From assembly GCA_963771175.1 (NCBI GenBank), contig CAVYSY010000032.1:384001-448000 (forward strand): a DNA stretch of 64,000 nucleotides, given 5' to 3'. Both the position numbers and the translations under genes were made by a program. Below are positions 8,271 through 18,973 of the stretch, in pieces. Origin of the DNA: an uncultured delta proteobacterium. Lineage in GTDB: Bacteria; Myxococcota; Myxococcia; Myxococcales; Myxococcaceae. The notes under the pieces are model-generated. The model saw only the letters and a list, made by a program, of their open reading frames with translations, searched no databases and was not told the DNA's origin. Numbering within the stretch: the first letter of the stretch is position 1; each line of letters starts with the position of its first letter.

Positions 8271-11200
8271 ATGCCGCGACTTTTTCGCCGGATCACCGCC
8301 GTCGCCGTCCTCCTTGGCGCCTGGGCCCTCGTCGGGAATGACCGGGCGCCGCTCCCCCTGACGCTCGGCGCGGCGGAGGCCGGCCAGGGCAGCTCGGACT
8401 CCACCCGTATCGCCGGCGAGAAGGGGCAGCACGACCTCTCCTCCCTGCGCGTCTTCACGAAGGTCATCCTCTACGTGAAGGACAACTACGTCGACCCCAA
8501 GCGCGTGAAGCCCAAGGAGATGATGATCTCCGCGCTGGAGTACGTGGAGAAGAGCGTCCCGGACGTGCTCGTGGACGGCAGCGCCGAGACGGGCAAGCTC
8601 CACGTCAACGTCAACGGCCAGAAGCGCGACTTCGACATCAGCCACGTCGACTCGCTGTGGAAGATGTCCTTCACGCTCAAGGACGTCTTCGACTTCGTGA
8701 ACAAGAACATGCGTCCCCTGGACGACACCCGCGACGTCGAGTACGCGGCCGTCAACGGGATGCTCTCCACGTTGGATCCGCACTCGGTGCTGCTGCGCCC
8801 GGAGATCTACCGGGAGATGAAGCTGTCCACCAAGGGTGAGTTCGGCGGCCTGGGCTTCGTCATCCAGATGCGCGAGGGCAACCTCACCGTGGTCAAGGTG
8901 CTGCCCAAGACGCCGGCCTACCGCGCGGGCATCCAGAAGGACGATCAGATCAAGCGCATTGGCGAGGAGTCCACCGTCAACATGGACCTCAACGAGGCCG
9001 TGTCGAAGCTGCGTGGCGCCGTGGACAGCCGCGTCTCCATCACCGTGGAGCGCAAGGGCTGGGACAAGCCGCACAACATGACGCTCAGCCGCGCGATGAT
9101 CTCCATCGAGAGCGTGCAGTCCAAGCTGCTCGCGGGGAACGTGGGCTACGTGCGCCTGAAGAACTTCCAGGGCAACACCACGAGGGACCTCCAGGCGGCC
9201 CTCTCCGAGATGCGCCGTCAGACCGAGAGCCAAGGGCGGGCTCAAGGGCGTGGTGCTGGACCTGCGCGGCAACCCGGGCGGCCTGCTCGAGCAGGCCATC
9301 CAGGTGTCGGACACCTTCGTCTCCAGCGGCACCATCGTCTCGACGGTGGGCCTGTCGGACAAGCTGCGCGAGGAGAAGCGCGCCCGTCCGGACGAGGGCG
9401 AGGACGCCTACCCCATCGCCGTGCTGGTGAACGCGGGCAGCGCCTCGGCCTCGGAGATCGTCGCCGGCGCGCTCAAGAACCTCAACCGCGCCGTCATCAT
9501 CGGCCGCCAGACGTTCGGCAAGGGCAGCGTGCAGGTGCTGTACGACTTCCCGGACGACAGCGCCCTCAAGCTGACCATCGCCAAGTACCTCACCCCGGGC
9601 GACGTCTCCATCCAGGAGGTCGGCATCGTCCCGGACATCGAGCTGGTGCCCGCGGCCGTCACCGACGAGCGCGTGCACGTGTTCGCCCCGCGCAAGACGA
9701 TCGGCGAGGCGGACCTGGATCAGCACTTCGGCAACCCCAACTCGGACTCCGTGGCCAAGAAGCGCGAGGACGTGCTCGGCCGCGAGAAGCCGCTGGAGTC
9801 GCTCAAGTACCTCAAGCTGGACGAGAAGCAGCAGCAGGCGGCCCAGGCCAAGAAGGACGAGGCCGCCAAGGGTCCCGAGGTGGCCAGCAAGGCGGAGAAG
9901 AGCCCGCTGCTGGACGTGGAGTCGGTGGGCTCCGGCGAGGAGCTGGACGACCAGATGGACGCCGAGAGCCAGGACGAGGTGAAGGAGGACTTCGAGGTGC
10001 AGTTCGCCCGCGACTTCGTCCTCCAGGTGCCCCTCACCGAGCGGCGCGCCATGCTGCAGAAGGGCAAGGCCTTCGTGGAGCAGAAGCGCCGCGAGGAGGA
10101 GCAGCGCATCAACGCCGCCATCAGCGCGCTCGACGTGGACTGGAGCGCGGGCCCCACGCCCAAGGACGTGAAGCTCGCCGCCACCTTCACCCCCAGCGCC
10201 GACCAGCGCATCACCGCGGGCGAGACGTTCGACCTGGCCGTCACCGCCGAGAACAAGGGCACCGAGGCCCTCAAGCGCGTGCGCGCCTGGACGGAGAGCG
10301 ACAACTACTACCTCGACCGCCGCGAGTTCCTCTTCGGCAGCCTCGCTCCGGGTGAGAAGAAGACGTGGAAGGTGAAGGTCAAGCTGCCCAAGGACCTGAC
10401 CTCCCGCCGCGACGAGGTGACGGTGAAGTTCCACGACGACAACGGGGCCCTGCCCACCACGGTCGTCAGCGAGCTGAGCTTCGCCGAGCTGCCGCGTCCC
10501 GCCTTCGCCTTCAACTGGCAGGTCGTCGACAACTGCGAGGCCTGCAACGGCGACGGCGTCGCGCAGCGCGGCGAGGACCTCACCCTGGTGCTGGACGTGA
10601 CGAACACCGGCACGGGCAAGGCGCTCGACTCGTTCGCGCAGATCAAGAATGTCGGCGACCCGAACATCTTCATCGAGAAGGGCCGCTTCAAGCTGGGCGA
10701 GATGGCCCCGGGCGAGACGAAGACGGCGCGCTTCCAGCTCGAGGTGAAGAAGGGCTTCCGCGAGGAGAGCTTCCCGCTGAAGCTGGCCATCGTCGACGAG
10801 CCGCTCGAGGAGTTCGCCATGGAGAAGCTGCAGCTCCCGGTGACGGACGCCCCGGTGGCGAAGTTCGAGCCGAAGAAGGGCCTGGTGAAGCTCTCGGAGA
10901 AGGCCGAGCTGCTGGCCTCGCCGCAGCAGGACGGCGTGGTGCTGGCGAAGCTCTCCCGTCCGGTGCTGCTCAACACCGAGGCCTCGGCCAAGGGCTTCTA
11001 CCGGGTGGAGCTGGACAAGGACCGGTTCGCCTTCGTGCGCGCCCAGGATGCCCGCGACGCTCGCGGCAAGCCCTCGCCCGCCAAGGACATCTCCTTCGTG
11101 GCCCGCCGCTCGCCGCCGGACATCAAGCTCGACGTGGACGCCAGCCAGGGTGGCCTGGTGGCCAATGGCGACAAGTTCACCCTCTCCGGAGAGGTGAGCG

Positions 11201-11487
11201 ACGTCACCGGCCTGCTGGACATGTACGTCCTGGTGAACGACCAGAAGGTGTACTTCCAGGGAGTGGACGCGAACGCCAAGCAGGGCGAGCCGCGCAAGCT
11301 CAAGTTCACCACCGAGTTCTCCCTCAAGGAGGGCAACAACAGCGTCCTGGTGGTGGCGCGCGAGAGCACCGAGTTCGCCAGCCGTCGCACGCTGGTGATC
11401 CGCCGCCGTCCCGCCGAGGTGGCCCAGAAGGTGACGCCGCCCGCGGCGGCCACGGCCACCAAGCCGACCAAGTCGGCGGCGCCGTAG
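8271..11487 (+). CDS. Carboxy-terminal processing protease S41 (PDZ plus C-terminal Ig/CARDB-like extension), myxobacterial type; frameshift near 9235
   Basis: LDPHS, GEFGGLG PDZ region, then in the second frame LDLRGNPGG, SASASEIVAGAL and TFGKGSVQ. Confidence 0.9.
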
Positions 11488-11517
11488 CGAAGTAGCACGG
11501 CTGCTCGGCTGCCTTCC

Positions 11518-11569
11518 GGGCGGCTTTCGTCGGGGCGCTCCTGCCCCCTCGGAAGCCGCCCGTTTTATT
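11518..11569 (+). terminator. Intrinsic terminator
   Basis: GGGCGGCTTTCG...CGGAAGCCGCCC stem with inner GGGGC/GCCCC, followed by GTTTTATT. Confidence 0.65.
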
Positions 11570-11597
11570 GACGATTTCCTCGCTCACACGCTAGCGT
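11568..11597 (+). promoter_or_regulatory. Putative sigma70 promoter
   Basis: TTGACG-18 bp-TAGCGT upstream of the gene at 11649. Confidence 0.4.
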
Positions 11598-11648
11598 CCG
11601 CCCGTTGGCGCCGTTCGCCGGACGTGCGCCTGGGAGGCGGTACTCAGG

Positions 11649-12584
11649 ATGCGGACGTTCAGCCGTTGGATGGCCCTCGCGGTGCTGGTGTGCGGCCCCG
11701 CCGCGTACGCGGATCGCAACGATCTCCAGATCACCCAGTTCGGGAACCCGAACCCGTTCGAGAGTGAGGGCTCGACCACGCCCTCGGTCAACTTCAACCC
11801 CGCGGCCAACGGCGACTTCCGCGCCTTCGCCCGCACCTTCGCCGCGGCCCTCACCTCGGCGAACCTGATGCCGCCGGAGACGCTGGGACACGCGGGCTTC
11901 GCCGTCAACGCGGAGCTCGGCGTCATCTCCCTGCCCTCCTCGGTGCGCCTCCCCACGGAGCGGCCGCAGACGGAGTCGCTGCTGCTGCCCTCGGTGCACT
12001 TCCGCAAGGGCCTGCCCTTCTCCCTGGAGCTGGGCGCGCGCGTGGGCTGGGTGGACCGCAGCCGCCTGTTCGCCGGCACCGGCGAGCTGAAGTGGGCCGT
12101 CAACGAGGGCTTCACCTGGCTGCCGGACATCGGCGTGCGCGCGCACGTGACGCGCCTGATGGGCAACAACGACTTCAACCTGACGGCGGCCGGCCTGGAC
12201 ATCGGCGTGGGCAAGCAGTTCCCGCTCGGCGGCATGGTGACGCTCACCCCCTACGGCGGCCTCGACCTGGTGGGCGTGATGGCCAACACGGACACGCTCG
12301 ACTTCGACCAGGCTCGCACGCTCGGCAGCACGCTCAACTCCGCCGACCCGTACGCCGGCCTGAAGAACACCGGCGTCTACGAGGAGGTGAAGTTGACCGA
12401 GAACGTCAACAAGCGCTTCTACGGCGGCGTGCGCTTCATCGGCGGCGCGCTGCAGCTCGGCGCCGAGGTGTCCCTCACCCAGCAGGGCCCCATCCCGGTG
12501 ACCAATGCCCAGACGGGCGAGACGGCGGATCGCTCCCTGCCCGCGGTGCTGGCCTTCAGCACCACGCTCGGCCTGGACTTCTAG
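11649..12584 (+). CDS. Exported protein, probable outer-membrane beta-barrel
   Basis: Signal peptide ending AYA, alternating beta-strand pattern, C-terminal TLGLDF beta-signal. Confidence 0.7.
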   Translation: MRTFSRWMALAVLVCGPAAYADRNDLQITQFGNPNPFESEGSTTPSVNFNPAANGDFRAFARTFAAALTSANLMPPETLGHAGFAVNAELGVISLPSSVRLPTERPQTESLLLPSVHFRKGLPFSLELGARVGWVDRSRLFAGTGELKWAVNEGFTWLPDIGVRAHVTRLMGNNDFNLTAAGLDIGVGKQFPLGGMVTLTPYGGLDLVGVMANTDTLDFDQARTLGSTLNSADPYAGLKNTGVYEEVKLTENVNKRFYGGVRFIGGALQLGAEVSLTQQGPIPVTNAQTGETADRSLPAVLAFSTTLGLDF

Positions 12585-13309
12585 GCCGCCTGGCCGTGCA
12601 GGGCCTCGCGCAGGGCGCGGGGCTTGTTGGTGATGAGGTAGGAGACGCCCATCCGCTCCAGCTCCCGGGCGCGCTCCGCGTCGTCCACCGTCCACACCGC
12701 CACGCGCAGGCCCCGGCGGTGCCAGTCCTCCACGCGCTCGGGGGTGCACTGCCCGTAATACGGGTGCACCGAGTGCGACGAGACGAGCGGGTTCACCAGG
12801 TACGCCTGCGGCCCCCAGGGCTTGTCCGGGTCGATGAGGAAGCCGCGGCGCAGTGAGGGCGCGGCGGCCGCCATTCGGAAGAGGCACAGCGGGTTGAAGC
12901 TGGAGATGACCACCCGCTCGCCCAGCTCGCGGCGTGTGACGATCTCCGCCACCTTCTGGGAGAGGCCGCCGTCGTCGAAGTGGTCGCACTTCAGCTCGAT
13001 GTTGATGAGGAAGTGCGAGGGCAGCGCGTCCAGCACCTCCTCCAGCAGGGGGATGCGAGCGGGCGCGAAGCCGAGCCGGCTGCCCACGTCCGCCTGCTTC
13101 AGCTTCCACCAGGACGTGGTGCGCACGTCCCAGGGCAGGCCGGCGAGCCGCTCCAGGTGCTCGTCATGGCACACCACCACCTCGCCGGAGCCGCACACCA
13201 TGGCGTCCAGCTCCACACCATCGGCCCCCTGGGCCACGGCCTCCTGGAAGGCGGCGAGGGTGTTCTCCGGAGCGTCGGCGCTGGCACCACGGTGAGCGAG
13301 CAGAAGCAT
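12581..13309 (-). CDS. Glycerophosphodiester phosphodiesterase
   Basis: AHRGAS..APENTLAAF, GVELD, NIELK, VAVWTVD and LITNKP. Confidence 0.93.
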   Translation of the reverse strand: MLLLAHRGASADAPENTLAAFQEAVAQGADGVELDAMVCGSGEVVVCHDEHLERLAGLPWDVRTTSWWKLKQADVGSRLGFAPARIPLLEEVLDALPSHFLINIELKCDHFDDGGLSQKVAEIVTRRELGERVVISSFNPLCLFRMAAAAPSLRRGFLIDPDKPWGPQAYLVNPLVSSHSVHPYYGQCTPERVEDWHRRGLRVAVWTVDDAERARELERMGVSYLITNKPRALREALHGQAA

Positions 13310-13418
13310 GCTCCCAGTGTGCGACAGGCCGGCCCGGCGGGCGAGCGTCCCGAGCGGGGCCGTCCGGGGGGTGACAGGCGGCTTGCCTCACCCGGGGCTT
13401 TGCTGCACTGTGCGCCGC

Positions 13419-13649
13419 ATGCTGGGGCTGCGAACCGGAGAGATCCTCTTCATTGGCTTCATCCTCGTGGTGGTGTTCTCCGCCGCTCGGATGGGACAGC
13501 TCGGCAATGCCGTGGGCCGGTTCGTCTACTCGTTCAAGAAGGCCGCCAAGGGGCAGGACTTCGTGGACGTGAAGCCCCTGCCCCGCTCCAAGCGCGGCCA
13601 GGACGTCATCGACGTCGACACGAACGACTCCGACTCCCGGCGCAGCTAG
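13419..13649 (+). CDS. TatA/E-like small membrane protein (divergent)
   Basis: MLGL..GEILFI..ILVVVF TM segment followed by amphipathic LGNAVGRFVYSFKKA. Confidence 0.65.
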   Translation: MLGLRTGEILFIGFILVVVFSAARMGQLGNAVGRFVYSFKKAAKGQDFVDVKPLPRSKRGQDVIDVDTNDSDSRRS

Positions 13650-14405
13650 CGTTCCCCGGCGCTGCCCGCTCCGGCCAGCAGGCGTGAGGCCTGCTCGCGC
13701 AGCGAGGGGTGCACCGAGGTGTCCCCGGCCAGCTCCTCCAGGTCGCTCGCGTTGAGCAGGGGGACGATCTTCACCCCCACCTCGGGCGGCAGGTACGGGT
13801 TGAAGACGAGCGCGCGGCGCACCGCGTGGCGCGAGAACCAGCGCGACGACTTCCAGATCTCCACCAGCGGCTCCGGGTCGGGCCGGGCGGCGCGCGGCCA
13901 TGCGCACCACCAGGTCCTCGGTGAGGCGGGGGTTGATGAGCGCGTTGCGCACCACCGGGGGGTTGCTCACCGTGGCCAGCCGCGAGAGCACGTCCGGATC
14001 CCTCGTGAGCCGGGCCTGCTGCTTGAGATGCCCCAGCGACTGGGTGAAGGCCTTGGCGTCCGCCTTGGCCGCCGCGCCCTCGTCCAGCTCCTTGCGGGCT
14101 GGCGCCGTCGCGAAGAGGTCCGCCACCGACTGCAGGGACTGCACCTCGGCCATGCGGCGCAGCGAGTCCGCGTAGGGAATGCTCTCGGCCTCCAGGCCCA
14201 GCGCCGCCACGAAGGCCGAGAGGACGCAGGTGGCCGGCTCCCAGCCCTCGCGGGCGAGGAAGATGAGCTCGTGGAGGAGCTCGTTGGCGTCCAGCGGATC
14301 CCGCTTGGCGAGCTCGCGCGCGGCGGCCTTGCGGACGATCTCCGCACTGCCGCTCAGCGCGTGGAGCCGCCGGACGACGGTCTTGGCCTCCTCACGGCTG
14401 GCCAT
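13646..14405 (-). CDS. Helical-repeat hypothetical protein (frameshift near 13885)
   Basis: MASREEAK...VVRNALINPRLTEDLVVRMAARRP continues as EIWKSSRW...RRALVFNPYLP in another frame. Confidence 0.7.
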
Positions 14406-16775
14406 TGCCGCCGTGCCCTCCGGCGTCCCTCCGGCGGCGCTCTCGGCCTGCGGTTCGAGCGTCACCTCGAGCCGGAAGCCGCCCAGGTCCGAGGGGTACT
14501 CGTAGAAGACGAGCGACGAAGGGCGCCCGCGCCCCCGGAGCCACCTCCGTGGCGGCGGCGTCCAGCCGGGTGCGCAGCGCGGCGGCCTCCTCGGGCTTCT
14601 GGAGCGAGTAGAGCTCCTCGGGCGAGGGCACGGCGCCCGCGAGCCCCTCCGCGCGACTTCACCCGCTGCTCGCCGTCGTACAGCGCGACGCGCGCCTTCA
14701 CCCGGACGGGGGCGGTGCCACGGTTCTCCACCTCGCCGCGGACGAAGAAGAGCGGGTGGCCGTCGCGGGTCTCGTAGAGACCGTTGGACAGGTCCTTCGC
14801 CACCAGGGGACGGGTGGGCGACACCAGCTCCCGCATGCTTCGCGGGCGACAGGGCGGACAGCTCCAACTGGCCGTCGTTGAGCCAGGCGCCGCCCACCGC
14901 GACGAGGCCCACCACCAGCACCGCGGCCACCACGAGCTGCGCGGCCACCGCGGCCAGACGCTGCACGAGGCGCGGACCCTGGCCGTCGGAAGCTCTTTCT
15001 TCTTCTTCGCGGGCTCCGCGGGCGCGGCGGCGATCACCGGCGGCGCGGTCGTCGGCGTCATCGACGGCAGGTCGGGAGGATCTCCCGGCTCGGAGGCGCC
15101 TCCCCCGGCCCCGGGAAGTCCGGAAGGGGGAACGGATTGCGCTCCGTCTGTGCTTCCGCTCGGGCGACGGGCGTCGCCGGGAGCGTCTGCGTGGCACCCC
15201 AGTCCGGGATGCCCGACGGTGCGGCCTGCTGAGGCGCACCCCAGTCCGGGATGCCCGACGGCGCGGCCTGCTGGGGCGCACCCCAGTCCGGAATGCCCGA
15301 CGGCGCGGCCTGCTGAGGCGCACCCCAGTCCGGGATGCCCGACGGCGCGGGGCTCGGAGCCGGAGCAGCGGACGCCGGAGGCAATGCGGCCACGGGGTCG
15401 AACGACATGAACGGGTTGTTCCCGTCGAGGCCCTCCATCTCCCCCGAGTCCGGCACGGGCGCGGAACTCCGGGCAGCGGGAGCCGGAGGCAGTGCGGCCA
15501 CGGGGTCGAACGACATGAACGGGTTGTTCCCGTCGAGGCCCTCCATCTCCCCCGAGGCCGGCACCGGCACGGGCGCGGGCTCCGGGACGGAGGCAGCGTG
15601 GGCGTGGCCGCCATCGTCGGCGCGGCATCCGGCGGCAGCGAGAACGGGTCGTCCTCCTCGAAGGAGACCGGCGCGCTGCTCCGAGGCATGACGGGCGCGG
15701 GCACGGGGCTCCGGGCCGGCGGCAGCGTGGGCGTAGCCGGCACCGTCGGCGCGGCGTCGAACGAGACGAACGGGTTGTTGCCCTCGAGCCCCTCCATCTC
15801 CTCCGAGTCCGGAAGCGGAATGGGCGCGGCGCTCCGGGCCGGCGGCAGCGAGGGCGTGGCCGGCACCGGGTCTTCCGGAGGCAGCGCGAACGGATCATTC
15901 TCCTCGAAGGAGACCGGTGCGCTGCTCCGAGGCGGGACGGGCGCGGGCTTCGGAGGCGGGGCCGTGGGCGCGGGCTTCGGAGCCGGCGCGGCGCTCCGAG
16001 CCGGGACCTGGACTGGAACCGGAGCGGGCTTCGGAGCCGGAGCCGGTGGGGCACTCCGGGCGGGCACGGGCTTGGGAGCCGGAGCCGCGGCCTTCGGAGC
16101 CACCTCGGACGAGGCGAACGGATCGTTCTCGTCGAAGGACAGCGACAGCGAGGGACCCGCCGCGGGTCTGGCCGGGGCCGCCGGCTTCGCCTGGACCGGG
16201 CCGAGCGCGAGGGCGCCCGCGGGATTGTTGGGGACGGGGGCCTTGGCGGAGAGCTGGAGCGCCTGGGCGGGAGTGGGGGTGTTCTCGCCGATGAACTCCA
16301 TCAGCGGATCCAGATCGATCGTCGCCGGAGTCTTCGGAGACTCCGTCGAGGAGACCCGCGGCAGCGAGGTCGGCCCGGAGGGAACACCCCCTCTGGGCGC
16401 GGCGATGCCCGGCACCGAGGGCGCCGCCGGGGCGCTACCTGGAGCACCCAGGAGCGAATCGATCGGAGAGGGCCCGGGCGGACGGCCCGCTGCCTTGCCC
16501 GTGGGCGTACCGCCCCAGGGGACGCCGGGAGCGGCGGGCGCGGAGGACCGGGGGGCCTCGAGGGGCGTGCCCGCTCGAGGGGTAGCCGGGGGCTTCGCGA
16601 CGGCAGCCGCCTCGACGGGAGGCACGGCCGGAGCCGGCGCGGAGGACGCAGCGTCCTCACGAGCAACCCGGAAGGTGTGCTGACACTTGGTGCAGCGGAC
16701 CTTGACCCCCTTGTCGGTCACCTTCTCGTCGGGGATCTTGAACCGCGTCTGGCACTGTTCACACTTGACGATCAT
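14392..16775 (-). CDS. MJ0042-type zinc-ribbon protein with a long Pro-rich linker, TM helix and DUF3426-like C-terminal domain (several frameshifts)
   Basis: MIVKCEQCQTRFKIPD...VKVRCTKCQHTF; TM segment LVVAAVLVVGLVAVGG; GLYETRDGHPLFFVRGEVEN; 3' end uncertain. Confidence 0.8.
15194..15350. repeat. 42-bp coding tandem repeat, about 3.7 copies (PSGIPDWGAPQQAA)
   Basis: GCACCCCAGTCCGG units start at 15194, 15236, 15278 and 15320. Confidence 0.92.
15374..15564. repeat. 108-bp-period coding duplication (EMEGLDGNNPFMSFDPVAALP); a diverged third copy lies near 15760-15815
   Basis: Near-identical blocks start at 15374 and 15482. Confidence 0.88.
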
Positions 16776-16935
16776 TCAGGGCTCGGCCGGTCCGGGAGTA
16801 TAGGCGCAGAGGGGCCCCACCGCGAGCGTGCCTCCACCCGGCTTGCTCGCCCCCACCCCCTCTGCTACAGGCGTTCGAGCGCCGTTCACCAGTGTGCGAT
16901 AGTTCGACAGCACCGACGCGGGCGGAGAACGAGAC

Positions 16936-17598
16936 ATGAGCGAGCCCGAGCAGGCAGGCGTCCCGGGCAAGGAGCCCAAGGTCATCAAGCGCTACACGAA
17001 CCGCAAGCTCTACGACACCGTCGAGAGCCGGTACGTCACGCTCGATGAGATCGCCGAGATGATCAAGGAGGGCGTGGAGGTCCGGATCGTCGACAACCGC
17101 ACCAAGGAGGACCTCACCTCGGTCACGCTCGCGCAGATCATCTTCGAGGAGGAGAAGAAGCAGAACCAGATGCCGCTCGCGGTGCTGCGGGAGATCATCC
17201 GCCACCCGGGCGAGTCGCCTGACCGACTTCATCCAGAAGGAGGTCACCCCGCGCGTGGCCTCCATCCGCGAGGAGGCCGAGTCGCCGCCTGGACAAGCTG
17301 CTGCGGCGCGAGGACAGGGCGAGCGGGCACGCCCGAGAGGCCGCACCGCCCGCCGAGCAGCCGACCGAGGGGCGTCCGCCAGCGCGGCCAGCGGCCGCTG
17401 GCGGCCCGGCGGAGCTGCTCAAGGCGAGCCAGCGCGCGCTCGAGGACTGGCAGCGGCGCATCGACGAGCGGGTGAAGCACGTGGTGGAGAACCTCACGGG
17501 CAACCTGCCCGGCGCTGGGCCGCGACATGCAGGTCGCTGACCCAGCGGCTCGAGGAGCTCGAGAAGAAGCTCGACGAGCTGGAGAAGAGCAGGAGTAA
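16936..17598 (+). CDS. PhaR-type (PHA synthesis regulator) DNA-binding domain protein with a C-terminal coiled coil (frameshifted)
   Basis: IKRYTNRKLYDT.ESRYVTL.EI...D..T.EDLT..TL.QII.EEE; ends LEELEKKLDEL..TAA at 17598. Confidence 0.85.
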
Positions 17599-17605
17599 TC
17601 CAGCG

Positions 17606-17639
17606 CCCTCTCCCGCTCGGGAGAGGGCGGGTGAGGGCC
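17606..17639. repeat. REP/BoxC-like palindromic intergenic element
   Basis: GCCCTCTCCC-GCTC-GGGAGAGGGC hairpin plus GGGTGAGGG between convergent genes; degenerate relatives near 22849 and 57954. Confidence 0.6.
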
Positions 17640-17681
17640 TCCGCCGCCCTCGCCGCTCGCCATCACCCGCGAGCCGCCCCG

Positions 17682-18487
17682 CTACGCCACGCGGGGCGCC
17701 TTCTTGCCGCGCTTCTTCGCGCTCCCGCCGTAGATCTCCGCGGCGATGGCCGCGAGCATCTGCGCGCCGGGCTCCTGGGGGCGTACTCCCAGATGGTCTT
17801 CCCGTGGCTCTGCGCCTCGTCCACCTTGACGTTGTAGCCGAGCGGCGTGGCCGCGAGGCGACCGGGAAGTAGGCCTTCAGCCGCTCGAGGATGGCGGTGG
17901 CGAGCGCCGTGCGCCGGTAGAGCGTGGGCACCACCTTGGTGATGCGCAGGTCGGGGCGCCCCTCGGTCTCGGCGACCTGGCGCACGGTGTCGGCCACCTC
18001 GGCGCAGCCATCGAGCGCGAAGTACGTCAGGCGCCACGGGCACCACCACCTCGGTGGCGGCGACGAGGATGTTGCGCGTGGTGAGGCCCATCGACGGAGG
18101 CGCGTCGAAGACGATGACGTCGTAGCCGGCGGCCTCGGCGGGCGCGAGCCGCTCCGCGAGCCGGTGCGCGCGGCGCTCGTGATTCGCGCCACGACGAGGG
18201 GGAAGTCCGCCATCTCCTTGTAGGCGGGCAGGACGTACAGGCCCTCGACGGCGGAGGGCTGCACCACGTCCTCCAGGCGCACGCTCGGGTCGGTGAGCAG
18301 GTGGAAGACGTTGCGAGGCAGCGTGCGCACGTCCAGGCCCAGCGACTTGCCCGCGTGGCCCTGGGTGTCCAGGTCCACCAGGAGCACCCGCAGCCCGCGC
18401 GTCTCGCGCGAGCCACGCGGCGGTGTTCACCGCCAGCGTCGTCTTGCAGGTGCCGCCCTTCTCGTTGATGAAGGCGATGCGCCGCAT
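17682..18487 (-). CDS. ParA/Soj family ATPase (frameshifted)
   Basis: NEKGGTCKTT, LLVDLDTQG, FDAPPSMG, YNVKVDEAQSHGKTIWEYAP and a basic C-terminal tail. Confidence 0.88.
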
Positions 18488-18495
18488 GGGCGGCC

Positions 18496-18811
18496 CTACT
18501 TCGACTTCCGGGACGAGGACACCGTCGTCACCAGCGTGTCCACCTTCGACTCGACCGAGGACGAGCAGCCGCTCCAGGTCGTCCACCTTGTTGCGCAGCT
18601 GCTCCACGTCCGCGGTGGAGGGCAGGTTCATGGCCGACAGCGCCGAGCGCAGCGCGCTGTCCAGCGTCCCCTTGGCGGCGAGCGAGCGGCACACCAGCGT
18701 CTGGACCGTCGTCACGAACTTCTCGTTGGAGAGCAGCTGCTGCGCCAGCTTGCCGACGCGCTCCTCGCCGGTCTCGACGAGCTTCTTCATCACGGGGTTG
18801 TTCTTGAGCAT
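18496..18811 (-). CDS. Small amphipathic coiled-coil protein with a phasin/PhaE-C-terminal-like motif
   Basis: MLKNNPVMKKL...ALSAMNLPSTADVEQLRNKVDDLER; probable indel near 18560; sits directly upstream of parA. Confidence 0.65.
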
Positions 18812-18897
18812 GGAAGGTCCGTGATCGCGTCGCCGAGAAAGTGCGCGCACTGTCGGGAGGGCCAACGCGCGAACTCTGGAAGGGACGCGACGCGACG

Positions 18898-18961
18898 TGT
18901 CAAGCGGTGGAATCAAGACGCGATAGAGCGCGTTGACACCCCGGGGGGCCGTCCTTACGGT
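18898..18961. promoter_or_regulatory. Divergent promoter region
   Basis: Plus strand TTGACA (18933)-17 bp-TACGGT; a second perfect TTGACA on the minus strand at 18898-18903. Confidence 0.55.
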
Positions 18962-18973
18962 TCGCCGCTCCCG

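Noticed and set aside
9225..9255. Programmed frameshift in the S41 protease
   Set aside because: No canonical slippery heptamer, and similar indels are common throughout this assembly.
15194..15350. Possible CRISPR array
   Set aside because: Contiguous 42-bp units without unique spacers, in frame within a CDS, and no cas genes.
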